From the human T2T-CHM13v2.0 reference genome, Homo sapiens: a stretch of DNA of 64,000 nt. Location: NCBI RefSeq assembly GCF_009914755.1, contig NC_060935.1; one strand, given 5' to 3'. Positions 29,410-43,093 of this stretch are shown piece after piece. A program made the translations under genes and the position numbers. The notes below the pieces were generated by a model. The model was not told the DNA's origin. It was given only the letters and a program-made list of their open reading frames with translations, and made no database searches. Within the stretch, counting starts at the first letter, position 1. Each line of letters starts with the position of its first letter.

Positions 29410-32400
29410 CACTCCCACATATGAGTGAGAAGATGGCAATATTTGTCTTTCTATGACTGACTTATTCTACTGAACATAATGACCTCCAGTTCCATCTATG
29501 TGCCCGCAAATGGCATAATTTTATCCTTTTTTCTGGTTGAATAATATTCCATCATGTATATTACCACTTTTCCTTTATCTGTTTGTCTGTTGACAGGCAA
29601 CTAGGGTTGATTCTATATCTCTGTTATAGTGAATAGTGCTGCAATAAATATAGGAGTGCAGGTATAACTTTGGTACACTGATTTGTTTTCCTTTGGATAA
29701 ATATCTACTAGTGGGATTGCTATATTTTTGGTAGCTCTATTTTTAATTTTTGAGACATTTTCATACCGTTTTCCATAGTGGCTGTACTAGTTTACATTTC
29801 CGCCAAGAGTGTAGAAGAGTTCCCTTTTCTCCATATCCTTGCGGATCTGCTATTTTCTGTCTTTTTTAATAATGGCCATTCTAATCGGGGTAAGATGATA
29901 TTTTACTGTGGTTTTCATTTGCATTTTCCTGGTGATTAGTGATGTTGAGAATTTTTCAAATATCTGTTGGTCATTTGTATGTCTTCTTTGAGAAATGTCT
30001 ATTCATCTCAAGTCCTTTGCCCACTTTTTAATGGGATGATTTATTTTTTTCCTGTTGAGCTGTTTGTGTTCCCTTGTATATTCTGGATATGTCCATTATC
30101 AGACGAATAGTTTGAAAATGTTTTCTCCTATTCTGTAGGTTGTCTTTTCACTCTGGTGATTGTTTCCTTTGCTGTGCAAAAGCTGTTTAGTTTAATGTAG
30201 TCCCATTTGTCTATTTTTGTTTTCATTGCCTGTGCTTTTGAAGTCTTAGCTATAAATTCCTTGCCTAGACCAATATCCCAAAGTGTTCTCTGTTTTCTTC
30301 CAGTAGCTTTGCATCTTACATTTAAATCTGTAACCTATTTTGAATTAATTTTTGTATATGATAAGCTATAGGAGTCCAGTTTCATTCTTCTGAATGCGGT
30401 TATTCAATTTTCCCAGAACCATTTATTGACAAGGATGTCCTGTCCCCGGTGTATGTTCTTGGTGCCTTTATCAAATATTAGTTGGCTCTACATATGTGTA
30501 TTTATCTCTGGGTTCTCTATTCTGTTCCATTGGTCTATGTGTCTGATTTATGTTAATACTATGCTGTTTTGATTACTATAGTCTTGAAATATATTTTGTG
30601 TATATATATTTCAACAAATATATATATTTATAATCACTATATATTTCAACAGTTTTATCTGTTTATATTTAAAATTATTATTAATCTATGAGGGCTTATT
30701 TCTGTCATTTCATTAATTGATTTCTGGCTGTGTAGTATATCCTTTGTTCTATTGTTGCTATCTTATTGTTTACTCATTATAGTTTGGTAGTTTCCTGTAT
30801 AGTAACATTTGAATTCTTTCTCTTCCTTATTCTGACTAGGATTTCCAGTACTATCTTGAATAGGAGTGGTGAAAGTGGGCATCCTTGCCTTGTTCCAGTT
30901 CTTAGAGGAAAGGCTTTCAGCATTTCCCCATTCGGTATGATGCTAGCTGTGGGTTTATCATATATGGCCTTTATTATGTTGAGATATGTTCCTTCTATGC
31001 CTAGTTTATTGAGAGTTTCTACCATGAATCAGTGTTGAATTTTATCTAATGCTTTTTCTGCATCTATTGAGGTGATCATATTCATTCATTCTGTTGATGT
31101 GATGTATCACATTTATTGATTTGCATGTGATGAACCATCCTTGCATCCCTTGAGTAAATTCCACTTAATCATGGTGTGTTATCTTTTTGATGGGCTGTTG
31201 GATTCAGTTGGCTAGTATTTTGTTGAGGATTTTTGTGTCTATGTTCATCAAGAATATTGACCTGTAGTTTTCTTGTTGTGCCCTTGTTTTGTTTTGGTAT
31301 CAGGGTAATGCTGGCCTCATTAGACTTAGGGAGAATTCCCTCCTCTTCAATTTTTTGATATAGTTTGAGTAGAATAGATGTTAGTTCTTCTGTGAAAGTT
31401 TGGTAGAATTTGGCACTGAAGCCATCCAGCCCTAGACTTTTCTTTGTTGGAAGACTTTTTTATTACTGATTCAATCTAATTTGGGTCTTATTACTCATTA
31501 TTGGTCTGTTCAGGTTTTCTATTTCTTCCTAATTTAATCTCGGTAGATTGTACATGTCCAGGAATTTATTCATTTTCTCTGGGTTTACCAGTTTGTTAGT
31601 GTGTAGTTGTTCATAATAGTCTCTGATAATCTTTTGTGTTTCTTGAGTATCAGTTGTAATGTCTCCTTTTTCATTTCTGATTTTGTTTATTTGATCTCTC
31701 TCTTTACGGTTAGTCTAGCTAGCAGGTTATCAATTTTATCTTTTCAAAAAAGTCAAATTTTTCATTTTGTTGATTCTTTTTTTCTTCTTAATTTCTATTT
31801 CATTTAGTTCTGCTTGGATATATATTATTTCTTTCCTTCTACTAATTTTGGATTTAGCTAATTCCTGCTTTTCTAGCTTCTTGAGGTGCATCATTAGGTT
31901 GTTTATTTGAAATCTTTCTACTTTTTTGATATAGGTGTTTCTTGCTGTAAACTTCCCTCTTAGCATTGTTTTTACTGTATCCCAGAGGTTTTGATATTTT
32001 GTGTTTTGATTTTTATTTGTTCCAAGAATTTTTTTGACTTTTTCCTTAACTTTATTTGTTAAGTAATGGTCATTCAGAAGCATGTTGTTTAATTTCATGT
32101 GTCTGTACAGTTTCCAAAGTTCCTCATGTTATTGACTTCTAGTTTTATTTCATCATGGTCTGAGAAGATGCTTTATACGATTTCAGTTTTTAAAAATTTG
32201 TTGAGAATTGTTTTATGTCCTAACATATAGTCTATCCTGGAGAATGTTTCATGTCCTGATGAGAAGAAAGTGTATTTTGTAGCAATTAGATAAAATGTTC
32301 TGTGAATGTATGTTAGGTCTATTTGGTCTAATGTGCAATTTAAATCAGTTTCTTTGTTAATTTTCTGTCTAGATGATCTATCTAATGCTGATAGTGGGGT

Positions 32401-33021
32401 GTTCAAGTCCTTAACTATTATTGTATTACAGTCTCTTTCTTTAGATAAAATAATATTTGCTTTACATATCTGGGTGCTATAATTTTGGGTGCATATAGAT
32501 TTAGAATTGTTATATCCTCTTGCTGAACTGACCCCTTTATATTTATATGATGACCTTCTTTGTCTCTTTTTATGCCTTTTGACATGAAGTCTGTTTTATC
32601 TAATGTAAACGTAGCCACCTCTACTCATTTTTGGTTCTTGTCTGCATACATGAGGGATCTCTTTTTTATTCTTTTACTTTCAGTTCGTATGTGTCTTTAC
32701 AAGTGAGATAAGTTTCTTATAGGCAGCATATTGTTGGGCCATGTTTTCTTTAAATCCATTCAGCCAATATGTATCTTCTTAAAAAAATTAGAGATGGGTG
32801 TCTCGCTTTGTCACACAGACTATAGTGCAGTGGCATGATCATAGCTCTCTGCTGCCTTGAACTCCTTGGCTCAAGGGATCCTCCTGGCTCAGCCTCCCAA
32901 AACGCTGGGATTACAGGAATGAGCAATGGTGTCTGGCCTCCAGTTTGGATATTTGAAGTGGAAAGTTTTATCTGTTTGTATTTAAGGTTATTATTAATAA
33001 GTGTGGGCTTATTCCTGTCAT
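29410..33021 (-). pseudogene. Disrupted L1 ORF2 (EN, partial RT, C-domain)
   Basis: ATG at 33021 (MTGISPH...); fragments [41 protein letters not shown]; ~590 bp internal loss near 30600-30830. Confidence 0.85.
32779..32938 (-). mobile_element. FRAM (free right Alu monomer) in L1 ORF2
   Basis: Single monomer with the right-arm insert 'agtgcagtggcatgatcatagctc' and 5' end 'ggattacagg...ctggcc'. Confidence 0.8.
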
Positions 33022-33186
33022 TTTATTAATTGATTTCTGGCTGTTTTTTATATCACCTGTTCCATTCTTGATCTCTTATTGTTTATCATTTTGGTTTGGT
33101 GGTTTTCTGTAGAGTAACATTTGAGTTCTTTCTCTTCCTTATGTGTATATTTGCTCTACCAGTGGATTTTATACTTTCATGTGTTT

Positions 33187-34170
33187 TCATGATGGTAAAT
33201 ATTGCCCTTTTGCATCCATGTGTGGGACTTCCTTAAACATTTCTTGTAGGGTTGGTCTAGTAGTAGTAAATTCCCTTAGCTCTTGCTTGTCTGGGAAAGA
33301 CCTTATTTCTCCTTCATTTATGAAGAGCAACTTTGCTGGGTATAGTGTCCTTGGCTGACAATTTTTTTTTTCTTTCAGCACTTTGAATATGTAATCCCGC
33401 CTTCCTGGCCAGTAAGGTTTCTGGTGAGAAATCTGTTAATCTGATGGGATTCCCTTATAAGTGACTATACATTTTCTCTTGCTGTTTCTATAAATTCTCT
33501 CTTTGTCTTTGACTTTTGACAGTTTCAGTATAATGTGTCACAGAGAAGAACATTTTGAATTGTAATGTATGGAAATCTCTGTGCTTTTTGTATCTTGATG
33601 TCTAAAGTTCTTGCTAGACTTGAAACATTTTTAGCTATTATTTAGTTAAATTGGATTTATATCCCTTTCATTTTATCTTTGCCTTCTGAAACTTCAAGAA
33701 CTCAAATTTTTTGTTACTTTATGGTGTCTTATATGTCATTATAAAGATTTGTTTATTCTTTTTATCTTTATTTTTGTCTGACTGGGTTATTTCAAAAGAG
33801 CTGACTTCAAGTTCTGAAATTTTTTCTTATGCTTGATCTAGTTTGTTGTTGAAGCTTTCAAATGTATTTTTTATTTTATTTAATAAGTCCTTCAGTTCCA
33901 GAACCTCTGTTTGGTTCTTTTAAATGGTATCTGTACTTTTGGTAAATTTCTCACTCATATCCTGCATTGTTTTTCTGATTTATTTGTATTGTTTTTCTGT
34001 ATTCTCTTATATCACACTCAGCTTCCTTAGTACCAAAATTTCGAATTCTCTTTCCAGAACTTCATAAATTTCTTTTTGATTGAAATCTGTCGTTGGAGAG
34101 TTGTTGCAATCCTTTATTGCCTTTGGTGGTGTCCTATTTCCTTGCCTTTTCATGTTTCCTGTGCCCTTAT
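33187..34170 (-). pseudogene. Disrupted L1 ORF1
   Basis: C-terminal fragment LKEKKNCQPRTLYPAKLLFINEGEIRSFPDKQELREFTTTRPTLQEM; 5' limit approximate. Confidence 0.8.
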
Positions 34171-35804
34171 ATTGACATCTATGCATCTAGTATAGTGGTT
34201 GCTTCTTTCAATTCTTTGAATTGGGTTTTGCAAGGGAGGAATTTTGCCTGAAGAAGTACCTATGGCATTGGTTGGGTAGGGCACATTGGCTTTGACTCTG
34301 GTTGCATGTAGTACTATATTCTCCTTCTGATTTTTTCATCTGTAAGCCATGTCAGTGGTATCTGTGATTTCCTCTGGTTTAGGGTGCAATTGTTAGTGAA
34401 GGCTGTAGGAAAGTTTTACTGGGGATGAGGATACCAGGTGGGCCTGTCTTTGGGTCCCCAGTGGTAGCAGCAGTGGCCCAAGCTTGCCTGTCCTTGGATG
34501 CTAGGGTGGCATATGCTGGCACTGCTGCTACTGGGTCCAGGGAATCCTAATCTCGGACCTCCAGGTAATTTGCTCATGTTGGTAGTGACGGCAATGGGCT
34601 GGTGAATGGGCAGGTTCTTGGGCCCTTGGGCAGAGGGTGTGATGTGAATAACATCAGTAGCAGTGGTGAGCCAACCCTCTGGCTCCCAAGCAGACCATGC
34701 TGGTGTTGCAGTGCCTGCAATGGGTTTAGTGAGCCAGTCTCCAAGCCCACAGGTGGCACATGCAGGTGTATGCCAGCTGTGGTGGTAACAGCAGGTTGGA
34801 TGGGCCTGGCCTGCAGCCCTCAGGAGAAGTGCTCAGGTGCCAATTGTGGTGGACTAGGTTGGGTGGTCTCCAAGCCCACAGATCATGTGTTCAGGTACTT
34901 GGAATGGGGTATGGAGTAGGTCTGGAAAGACCTGTTCTTAAGCCTCCAGTGGTGCATGTAGATGCTGGCTGTGATAGGCAGAGGCACAGTGATCACCAGG
35001 CCCCTGGTGGAATGCTAGGGCAGGGGTGGCAGCAGCTGTGCCACAGCCTTGCTATGGGGGAGGGCAGGGCTCCTTTTGGTGACAGTAGCCACTTGCAGTT
35101 GGCTGGGGAGTGCATATTTTTCTCATGCTTTGGACCTTGTGGTGGCAATATGCAGTGGCGGCAGCTGTAGAAAGGACAATTTATCCTTGGGGTGTGTGAA
35201 AATACATGGTGGCTTTGCTGCTGGGGGGAGCAGGGTTGTTGCCAATGGCTTGCTCTTCAGCCCTGGTGGCAGCAGCCAGCTGTGGTGCTGGCTGTGGGCA
35301 GCAGTGGCTGTGGGCAGGAAATGTTAATGGGGATTCAGGGATGCGGAGATACAGAGGCAGTTGGGCAGCCTGGTAGGATGCAGCCTGCTAGGGCCTGGGC
35401 TCTCTATATGGCATCTTGCTGTGGCTCTTTAGTACATGGGAAGGGGGATGTAGGACCCAGTGTGAGCTTCCTGTCTGGAGCAGTGCCTTCAAAGTTTCCA
35501 GGCAGCTCCTTTTGATAGCCTCAGGGCCTATGAGGATCTAGGGGCTCTTGCATGGCTAGAATTGCAGGAGTCTGTGGTGAAAATGTGGGCCACTGCGGGC
35601 CTCTCACTTACCCTTTATCCATATTGATGAGCCCCTCCAGGCTCCCAGACAATCCTGGCAAACCAGGCTGTCCTGTCTCCCTCTCCTTCCTTGCTTTTGG
35701 TGTTTCCTGTCATTTCTGTGTTGAATTCCAGTGTTGTCCCTTAGATGATCTGTCTGAGATTTCTCTTTTTCCCATCTCTACTCTACCTTATCTTTTTAAA
35801 AACA

Positions 35805-35937
35805 TTTTCCTCTTTTAAAAATTATTTTTAATTAACACATAATAATTGTAGCTTTTTATGGGATACAGTGTGATATTTTAATACATGTATATAATGTAGA
35901 ATAACCAAATCAAGGTAATTAGCGTATCTATCACCTA
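35805..35937 (-). mobile_element. Short L1MA 3' tail fragment
   Basis: 'attaacacataataattgtagc...tatgggatacagtgtgatatttt...aatcaaggtaattagcgtatctatcacc'. Confidence 0.8.
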
Positions 35938-36679
35938 ATCTTAAAGTATATTTTCGTAAGCATTTTCATCTGAGTATTAGGTGAGAATATTTGATGAGTC
36001 CAAGGGGAATTACATTAATGAAGACTCCTAAAGATTGGACAGACTTCAGACTTCACACCCTAGAGTACTGGGTGGGAATGTAGGGGCAGGCAGTGGATTT
36101 TTCCAACCTCGCAAATTAAATTATCTGCTTGTGATACTCATCTGCTTGTGGGAGGTGAGAACAGAGAAAGTGAACCCTGGGTGCTCTGAATCCAGGCAAA
36201 GGCCTGATTAGAGAAACCAGACTGCTAAAGGCCTCTGCTATGTCCTGGCCTGAATTTCCAAGGATAGATTCTCTTTTATTTTATTTTTATTTCTATATTT
36301 GGAGAGAGAAAATTCCAGAAAGAGGTTTTGTTTTTTACATTTATCTCAGCCCTAAAGAACATCATGAGGAGTTAAAAATATCCTTGATGGGGGTCCAGAG
36401 ACTCAAGGTTTTAAATTCTGAAGAAATAGCTCTCATATGGAAAGCTGGGGGTTTATTTATATTAGAACGATTCAGATTTGCTGGAGCCCTAAGGATGGGT
36501 CAACTGAGGTAAAGTAATCTTACCAGTTTTCTATAAACTTAAGGATACATTTGCATCTTTGTTTGTAGAAATTAAAATAATCATTTACATACACATTTGC
36601 ATGCCGTACCAACTCTGTGTACCTAAGATTAAATTCATTAGTACCTCTGATATGTAAGTTGTAGCTAACTAGTAGCAAC

Positions 36680-36915
36680 AATGTTGTATTGTGGAAAGGG
36701 CTCAGGTTCTGAAGTCTTTGAAGTAGAATTGGGTCTAAATTTGACACCTGCTGCTCATGGCTATAGGACTTCTCTTCGAAAGTCAGTTTCTTCATAAACA
36801 AACACTGGTGAAACAATATCTACCTCAACTATTTATCGTTTAATTCTCAGATAGTTAAAAATAGATACAATGTGCCTAGCACAATGCGCAACACAAAGAA
36901 GGTGTGCAACATAAA
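36680..36915 (+). mobile_element. MIR
   Basis: 'gggtctaaatttgac...tcagtttcttcata...atctacctca...tgtgcctagcacaatg'. Confidence 0.7.
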
Positions 36916-37298
36916 TGTGATCCTTCAGCAGCTCAGGAGTGTGGCCAAAGCGAGAAGAGAGAGCATCAAGAGCAACCCTTAGCTGGGGCCTCTGTCTTCC
37001 TCAGGTTAGTTCTCTGAAGAAGGGATGGTTGATCCACTGTACGGTCCTGAGTGCATGGCCTGACACTCTCAACTCTCCATGGTTTGTCACCCTTCTCAGG
37101 GGCTCACTCATCTTCCTAATCAACTTGGATTCATATTCAGAGCTATATCTGCTTACAATGGGAGCGCTCCATGTCTTTGTCCCTCTGTCACTCCTTCAAG
37201 AGCACTTGTTAAAGTCCAGCTTCCTGCTTACTGCATGTATGTGTGGACCATTCCTGAAACAACTGAAGATGACTGGAGAAAAAGATTCATAACCTCAT

Positions 37299-37700
37299 TG
37301 TGTTAGCTGGAATCTCTAGGAAGCAGAAGCCAAGTTGGAGCATGAAGTGGCTTGTAGGAGAGGGTAACTCCCCTTAGAGATGATGTTGGGAGGGAGCAGG
37401 AGGAGGCAAGGACAAGTTTCGGAATGCAAGGCAGGTCTAACATGTGCGAGGGAGCAGGAAGAGCCTTGGATTATGCTGCAATTCTGAGATAGTCTTGGCC
37501 AACCCAACGAGGAGTTTTGAGATCCCTTCCATGCTCAGTCACGAGCTGGGAGCTGCAAAGAAGAGCGTGGCCTTGGGTTACATGTTCTCATGGATCCTGA
37601 ATGCACTCCACAGGAAGCTGTCGTCCAACTGCCTTTCCCCAGCCAACTACCCATTCTCTCTTGAAGGGCATCTGAGTTACACATCTCCTTGGTGACTACA
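37299..37700 (-). mobile_element. LTR16-family ERVL solo LTR
   Basis: Ends 'ttctctcttgaagggcatctgag...ggtgactaca' (antisense LTR16 start); begins 'tgtgttagctgg...ggaagcaga'. Confidence 0.75.
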
Positions 37701-38419
37701 CATGACTGCAGGAGTTTCTTTAAATTAAGACCAAAAATATCAAATGGGCCAATCCTACCACTTTCCCTTATATAATTCATTCTCCTCCCTCTGAGATTAC
37801 TTCACATCTTCTCTTCTCATGTCAAAGTTCTCCCCCTCTCTTCCTTTCCTACCTAGGTAATTTCTATACCTTATTTCCCTGCAACAATAGAAATGGTCAG
37901 AAACAATCCACTACTCTAACTCTATTACCCTTTCTAGGTCTGCTCCCACACGCTCTGCCTTCTTGCCCACAGCAGTGATGAGCTGCGCCTGCTCCCATCT
38001 GAAGCCACCCTCCACTCTTGTGCTGGATCCCCTCCCGCTTGATTGCTCAACAATCTAGCTCCTTTTCTCCCCTCATTATCCCAACAGAGAAGTATCTAGT
38101 GATCATCCTGACTCAGTTCACATCTTACTTCTCTGTCTCAGAGTAATACTCTGTGAGCTGATTGTCCAAATGCTTCAGCTTAATTTCTTCACTTCCAATT
38201 TTTTCTTGATCTCATTCCAATGAAGATTTTGTCTCCACCATGCTAGTAATTTTTCTTGTCAAGGTTATCTCAGACTACACCTTATTTGAATTCCAGGCAC
38301 ATTTGGCAGGGGATTTTTGTTTGCTTGCTTTTTTTGTTTTTTGAAACCCTTTCTTTACTTGATTTCTGAGATGCTGTGCTCTTGGTTTTCTTCTTCTTCA
38401 CTGGTCACTCCTTAGCCTC

Positions 38420-38777
38420 TGTCTTAAGCTGTTGAGGCATTTAGATATTTCTTAAACTGGGTGACTTATAAACAACAGTAACTTATTTCCCACAGTTTCG
38501 GAGTCTAGGAATCCAAGATCAAGGTGCTGGCAGATTTGGTGTCTGGTGAGGGCTCTCTTTCTGATTCGTGGATGGTGCCTTCTCGCTGTGTCCTCACATG
38601 GTGGAAACGGTGAGGCAGCTCTCTGGGGCTGGGCTTCTTTTATAAGGACACTAATCCCATTCATGAGAACTTAACCGTTATGACCTAATCACCTCCTAAA
38701 GGCCCTACCTCCTGATATCACATTGCAGATGAGGATTTCAACATATGAATTCTGCAAGACACAAACAGACCATAGAG
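38420..38777 (-). mobile_element. MLT1A-family solo LTR
   Basis: 'tgtctta...aaacaacagtaacttatttcccacag...ataaggacactaatcccattcatgag...cagaccatag'. Confidence 0.9.
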
Positions 38778-39334
38778 AGTGTCCATTATTAGTTTCTCCT
38801 AATCTCCATAATCTCATAAATTGGAGTGCTGCGAGGACTGGTTTTCATAGCCCAATCCTGTATAAAGTTGTTCCCTGTCTTTAGCATCTATTTACTGACA
38901 TCTTTCATCTCTAGCCTCTTCTCTTTGTTGAAATCCAGACCGGTGTGTCCAACCATCTCCACTTGGATATCTAATAATATTTGAAAATCAACAATTCAAA
39001 ACAAAATTTTTGAATGTTGCCCTTTCTCTAAAACTCCCTCTCTCCCATTTACCCAGATATTCAGATCACAACTCTTACAGTTGTCTTTGACTGCTCTTTG
39101 ACGCCAACATCTATACTAGCAGCAAATGATCCAGGGTTGACTTTTGAAATGTATCGGGGATGTGATTCCTTTCACGCCCTCTAGCTCCACCTTCTACTCC
39201 AAGCCAAACCACCTCTCCTGGCACTGCTTGGATAGCCCCTCACTAATCTCACCACAGTCTCTAGTGCACCCCTAGGCTCTATTCTTCACACAGCAGGAAG
39301 TCTGCTCACAAGTCTCCCAGTGGTTGCCATCTCC

Positions 39335-39825
39335 TAGTATTTAAATTATAAACTATCCCTACATTTAGTGGCCTAAAGCAGCAACCATTTTTGTTATGTC
39401 TCATAGTTTGTGGACTGGGAATCCAGGCAAGGCTGAATGAGGTGATTCTACATGGCATCAACTGAGGGCACTCAAGAGGATTTGGCTTGAGGCTGGCCTG
39501 GCATAGAGTATTCAAGACAGCTTCACTCTCATGATCAGCACTTTAGAGGGGGAATTGAAAGGCTGGGAACCACTGGGCCCAGAGGGACCCCCTCTTTCTC
39601 ACCACGTAGTCCAAAACTCCCCAGCAGGACTTCTGTGTGGTTGCTAAGGGCTCCCAGAGACCAGAATGTCATCTGGCAATTCTGCTAAAACCTAGGTCCT
39701 CAACCAGCTCAGCATTCCTTCCGCCACTGTCCATGGGAAAAGCTGTCATATGCCAGCCAGTATCCAAGGGGAGGAGAAATACACCTCTCATCTCCATGGG
39801 ATATGTGGCCTCCTTGAATTCACCA
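39335..39825 (-). mobile_element. MLT1G/H-like LTR
   Basis: 'tttagtggcctaaagcagcaaccattt...caagacagcttcactc...tccaaggggaggagaaatacacctc'. Confidence 0.7.
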
Positions 39826-40252
39826 AATTAAAAATACAATTGTGTGACTTAAAGCAACAGAAATTTATTTTTTTGCAGTTCTGGAGGTCAAAAGTCCTAA
39901 ATCAAGTCGTCTATGGAGTTGTGCTCCTTCCAGAGGCTTTAGGGGAGAATCTGTCTTTGCCTTTTCTAGCTTCTCATGGCTCCAGGCATATCTTGGCCTG
40001 TGGCACTATAATTTCAACCACTGCCTTCAACTTCTCATGGCCTTCTCTTTCATGGGTGTCTCTTTTGCATGTCTTTTATAAGGAAACATTGGATTTAGAG
40101 TCTCCATGGATGATCTAGGATGAATCTCATCTTGAGATCCTGAATTACATCTGCAAAACTCTTTTTCCATATAGTGCCATATTCATTTATTCTAGATTTT
40201 ATAATAGAATGTGGGCATATCTTTTGAGGGGTCCACCATCCAACTCACTACA
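39826..40252 (-). mobile_element. MLT1C-like LTR
   Basis: 'gacttaaagcaacagaaatttatt...aggggagaatc...ctcatcttgagatcc...caactcactaca'. Confidence 0.85.
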
Positions 40253-41449
40253 ACTTGTCCAATAAGAATTTGGATCTAAAATTCAGGGGAGCAGAAGGCT
40301 CTTGGCAGCAGCTGCAGGCTCTCGTCTTGAGGTTCTCTTTGGTGGAGTACAATGCTCCACATTATTGGATTCTGGTTGCCACTCCAGCTGCATTTCCTTT
40401 GCTCCGTTCATTCCAGTCATCCTAGCTTCCTTGCTGATTTTTCAATATTCTTCCAATACAAGATATTTGCACTTGCTGGAAAATCTCCAAAGCATTTACA
40501 CAAATCAAATCTCCCCCTGTTCATTCAGGCATCTGTTCAAATGCCACTGCTCAGAGAAGTCTCTCACCTGGCCTGGCCCAGCTCCATCCCTGTACCCCAC
40601 CCAACTGCTGGTCATTGTCATTGTCACCTGACCTGCCATTACCTATGATTTGCTTATTCTTTATCATTCCATTAGAATGGACTTTTTCTGTTTCACATGC
40701 CACTGAAACTTCAGCCCCTAGAAGAGTGTTTAGTACTTCAAAGTCCCTAAGAAATGTTTGTTAAACATTGAGGAAATCAAGGAACTCCTTTGTCTTCAAG
40801 GAGCTTAGCAGGGATATTGGGAAACCAGGTAGAGATGGAGTTACTCTTATTTTCCCAGCCTGCTCATTAGAAACGGTTTAACTTGACTTGTATTTATTTC
40901 CTATAATTGCCTGTGGGAATCAAGGGGAAGAAAAGTCCCCAAAGTAGCGATAGAAAAGGGGATCTGGGGGCTTCCTTCCCATTGCTAGCACCGGCAGCCC
41001 CCAGTGCCCTCTGCATGGCTTAAGTACATGAATGTAGTCAGGGTCTCAGTAGAGGGAGTTTTGGGTTTACAAAGGCTCTTGTCTTGTGATGGTGGGATGT
41101 GGGTAGGGCTGCAATGTTTAGTTAGAGCAGATCCTTTCTACTGAGAATTCCAGGATGAAAATGAGTTTAAAATACCATGGTTCTGCCAGTAGGCTGTTTT
41201 ATTCTTCATTAAATCCCCAGCACAGAGCCTAGTGCCTGTCACATTATAGCCAGTCAATAAATATTAGGAAAATAATGAATTCTATTGAGAATTATATACA
41301 TGGCATCTGTTACAATCAAATGTGAGACTTGATGCTGCTGATGGGACCCTGGCCAATTCCAAGCACTACTTATAGGATGGGCTCTGGGCCAAAGGGGACA
41401 GGGGCATCCTGGAGAAGTCTGTTTCATCCTACCCTCACTCCTGCAAGAT

Positions 41450-41975
41450 GGTTACTATTGCTGTAGTTGAAGCCACAGAGACCCCACATGAGCTGGCTAA
41501 AGCACAATGGCCACCATGAATGAAGCACTGTGGGGGATCTTACAGAATCCATGGGTCTGAGCCAGCCAGGAAACCCAGCTGGGTCTCAGGAGGAAGTCGA
41601 GCTGGAGCCTGAGATGCTGGCAGCATCCCTCTATCTTGCATCTCAGTGTTTCCCTGCTGCATGTTGGCATCTTTCTCTCCTACTGGATAATGGTTTTCTA
41701 CATATGGCCAAAAACATGGCCACGAGCAACATTCAAGATTTATGGCTTTAGTGAAAACAGGAAGGCTTATGTGATTCGCATAGACTCAACTTCAGAAATT
41801 GAGGAGAAGGGAATTATCAGTCCAGCGGGTTACAGGTGTCACATCCTGAACAAATCCACCATGGTTAGAGGTTGGGTCATGTAAGAACACAGCATCTCAT
41901 GTGGAACTGCATGAATTGGAGGGAGGGAAGTATGGCTCTCCTAGAAGGGCAGCACACTGTTGAGATGACAATGCT
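41450..41975 (-). mobile_element. Old MLT1 (K/L-like) LTR relic
   Basis: 'agctggctaaagc...tacagaatccatggg...aacatggccac...caggtgtcacatcctgaacaaatc'; boundaries approximate. Confidence 0.5.
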
Positions 41976-42039
41976 ATAGTTCTCTGCCACAGCCCCTGGA
42001 ATAGGTGCAGCAGATCCACATGCAGGGCCTTCTGAGGGA

Positions 42040-42590
42040 CAGTTGCTGCGTTTTCCTCCACACGGCCATACTTTCTGTCTGCAGATGATTGTGCATTGTG
42101 CATTGTCCAAAGGCCAGCACATCCCTATACTTCATAGGTCATGCACTGGTCCAAAAGGAAATCATGGGCTAAATCAAATTCTTTTCTAGGAAGTTTGGAA
42201 TTGGGAAACTTGGAGATTGACGGAGTAAGCAGCGGAGCAGAGGCAGAAGGGGTGCTTTGGGAGATGACACCAGGTAGACTTGGGCTCAGCAGGGTAGCCA
42301 AAGCCACACATAGCTCAGACATGGGAGGAGGCAGCAGTCATATGGAAGCAAAGGAAGCTGCTCAGTGGCATGAGCCTGGAACCTGTGGATACAGAGACAG
42401 AGGCCAGCTGTCATGATAGAAGGGAGGGTGAGACGGGGTGGGGTCAGAGATATGATCCTTATGAAAGGGAGCAGCCACTAGTTCCCAGGGCTTCCTGGAT
42501 TCCTGCTGGCATTCTCAGTCTCATTCTGCAATCTGAGAATAAACTCTTCTGTATGAGTAAGCTTGAGTAGGTTTCCTTGAAACCAGGACA
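42040..42590 (+). mobile_element. Old MLT1 (M/N-like) LTR relic
   Basis: 'aatcaaattcttttctaggaagtttggaattggg' and 3' 'aataaactc...taagcttgagtaggtttc'. Confidence 0.5.
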
Positions 42591-42719
42591 CATTTCAAGG
42601 AAAAGTTCATCTTTATCATTTCCTGTCCCACATCTCTGGTTGTGTGTTCTGTTTCCTGCTCAGGCCAGGTTCTGGAGCACAGGTTAGAAAATCAAGGGAC
42701 TGGGTGTTCACGGTGAAAG

Positions 42720-42870
42720 GTAAGGAAGTGAAGATTCCTCTCATTTTACAAGTGAGGAAACTGGTGGCCATATAGTTAGACATCTTGCAGGAGGTCAGAC
42801 TGTGGATGAAAGAATTCAAACCAGTTCCTTTGACTCTACGCCAATGACTTCTCATTCTGTCACAGCACCC
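42720..42870 (-). mobile_element. MIR relic
   Basis: 'ctcattttacaagtgaggaaactgg...gaattcaaaccag...tgactc'. Confidence 0.7.
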
Positions 42871-43046
42871 TCACCTTCGGTTGCCTGCACCAAAACTGAT
42901 AGGGTTCTAGGGTCCTAGGACTCTAATAGATGGGACAGAATAGCATTTATAAGAAAAACTCTACAGAGAGAAAGTATGCTTTTGCTTAGGCCTCAGTAAA
43001 CGTGACACCTTGTTTGGAAGAAAGTTTAAATTTCCTTGCTATGTAG

Positions 43047-43047
<1 letters not shown>

Positions 43048-43082
<35 letters not shown>

Positions 43083-43093
43083 ACACACACACA
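43048..43093. repeat. (CA)n microsatellite
   Basis: ~23 units with one TA interruption. Confidence 0.95.

Larger units (their letters stand above)
37760..40775 (+). mobile_element. Long L2 fragment carrying three nested MaLR LTRs
   Basis: L2 body ('tgtgctggatccc', 'catctccacttggatatctaata', 'ctattcttcacacagcag') and 3' end 'cccctagaagagtg...aaatgtttgttaa'. Confidence 0.7.
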
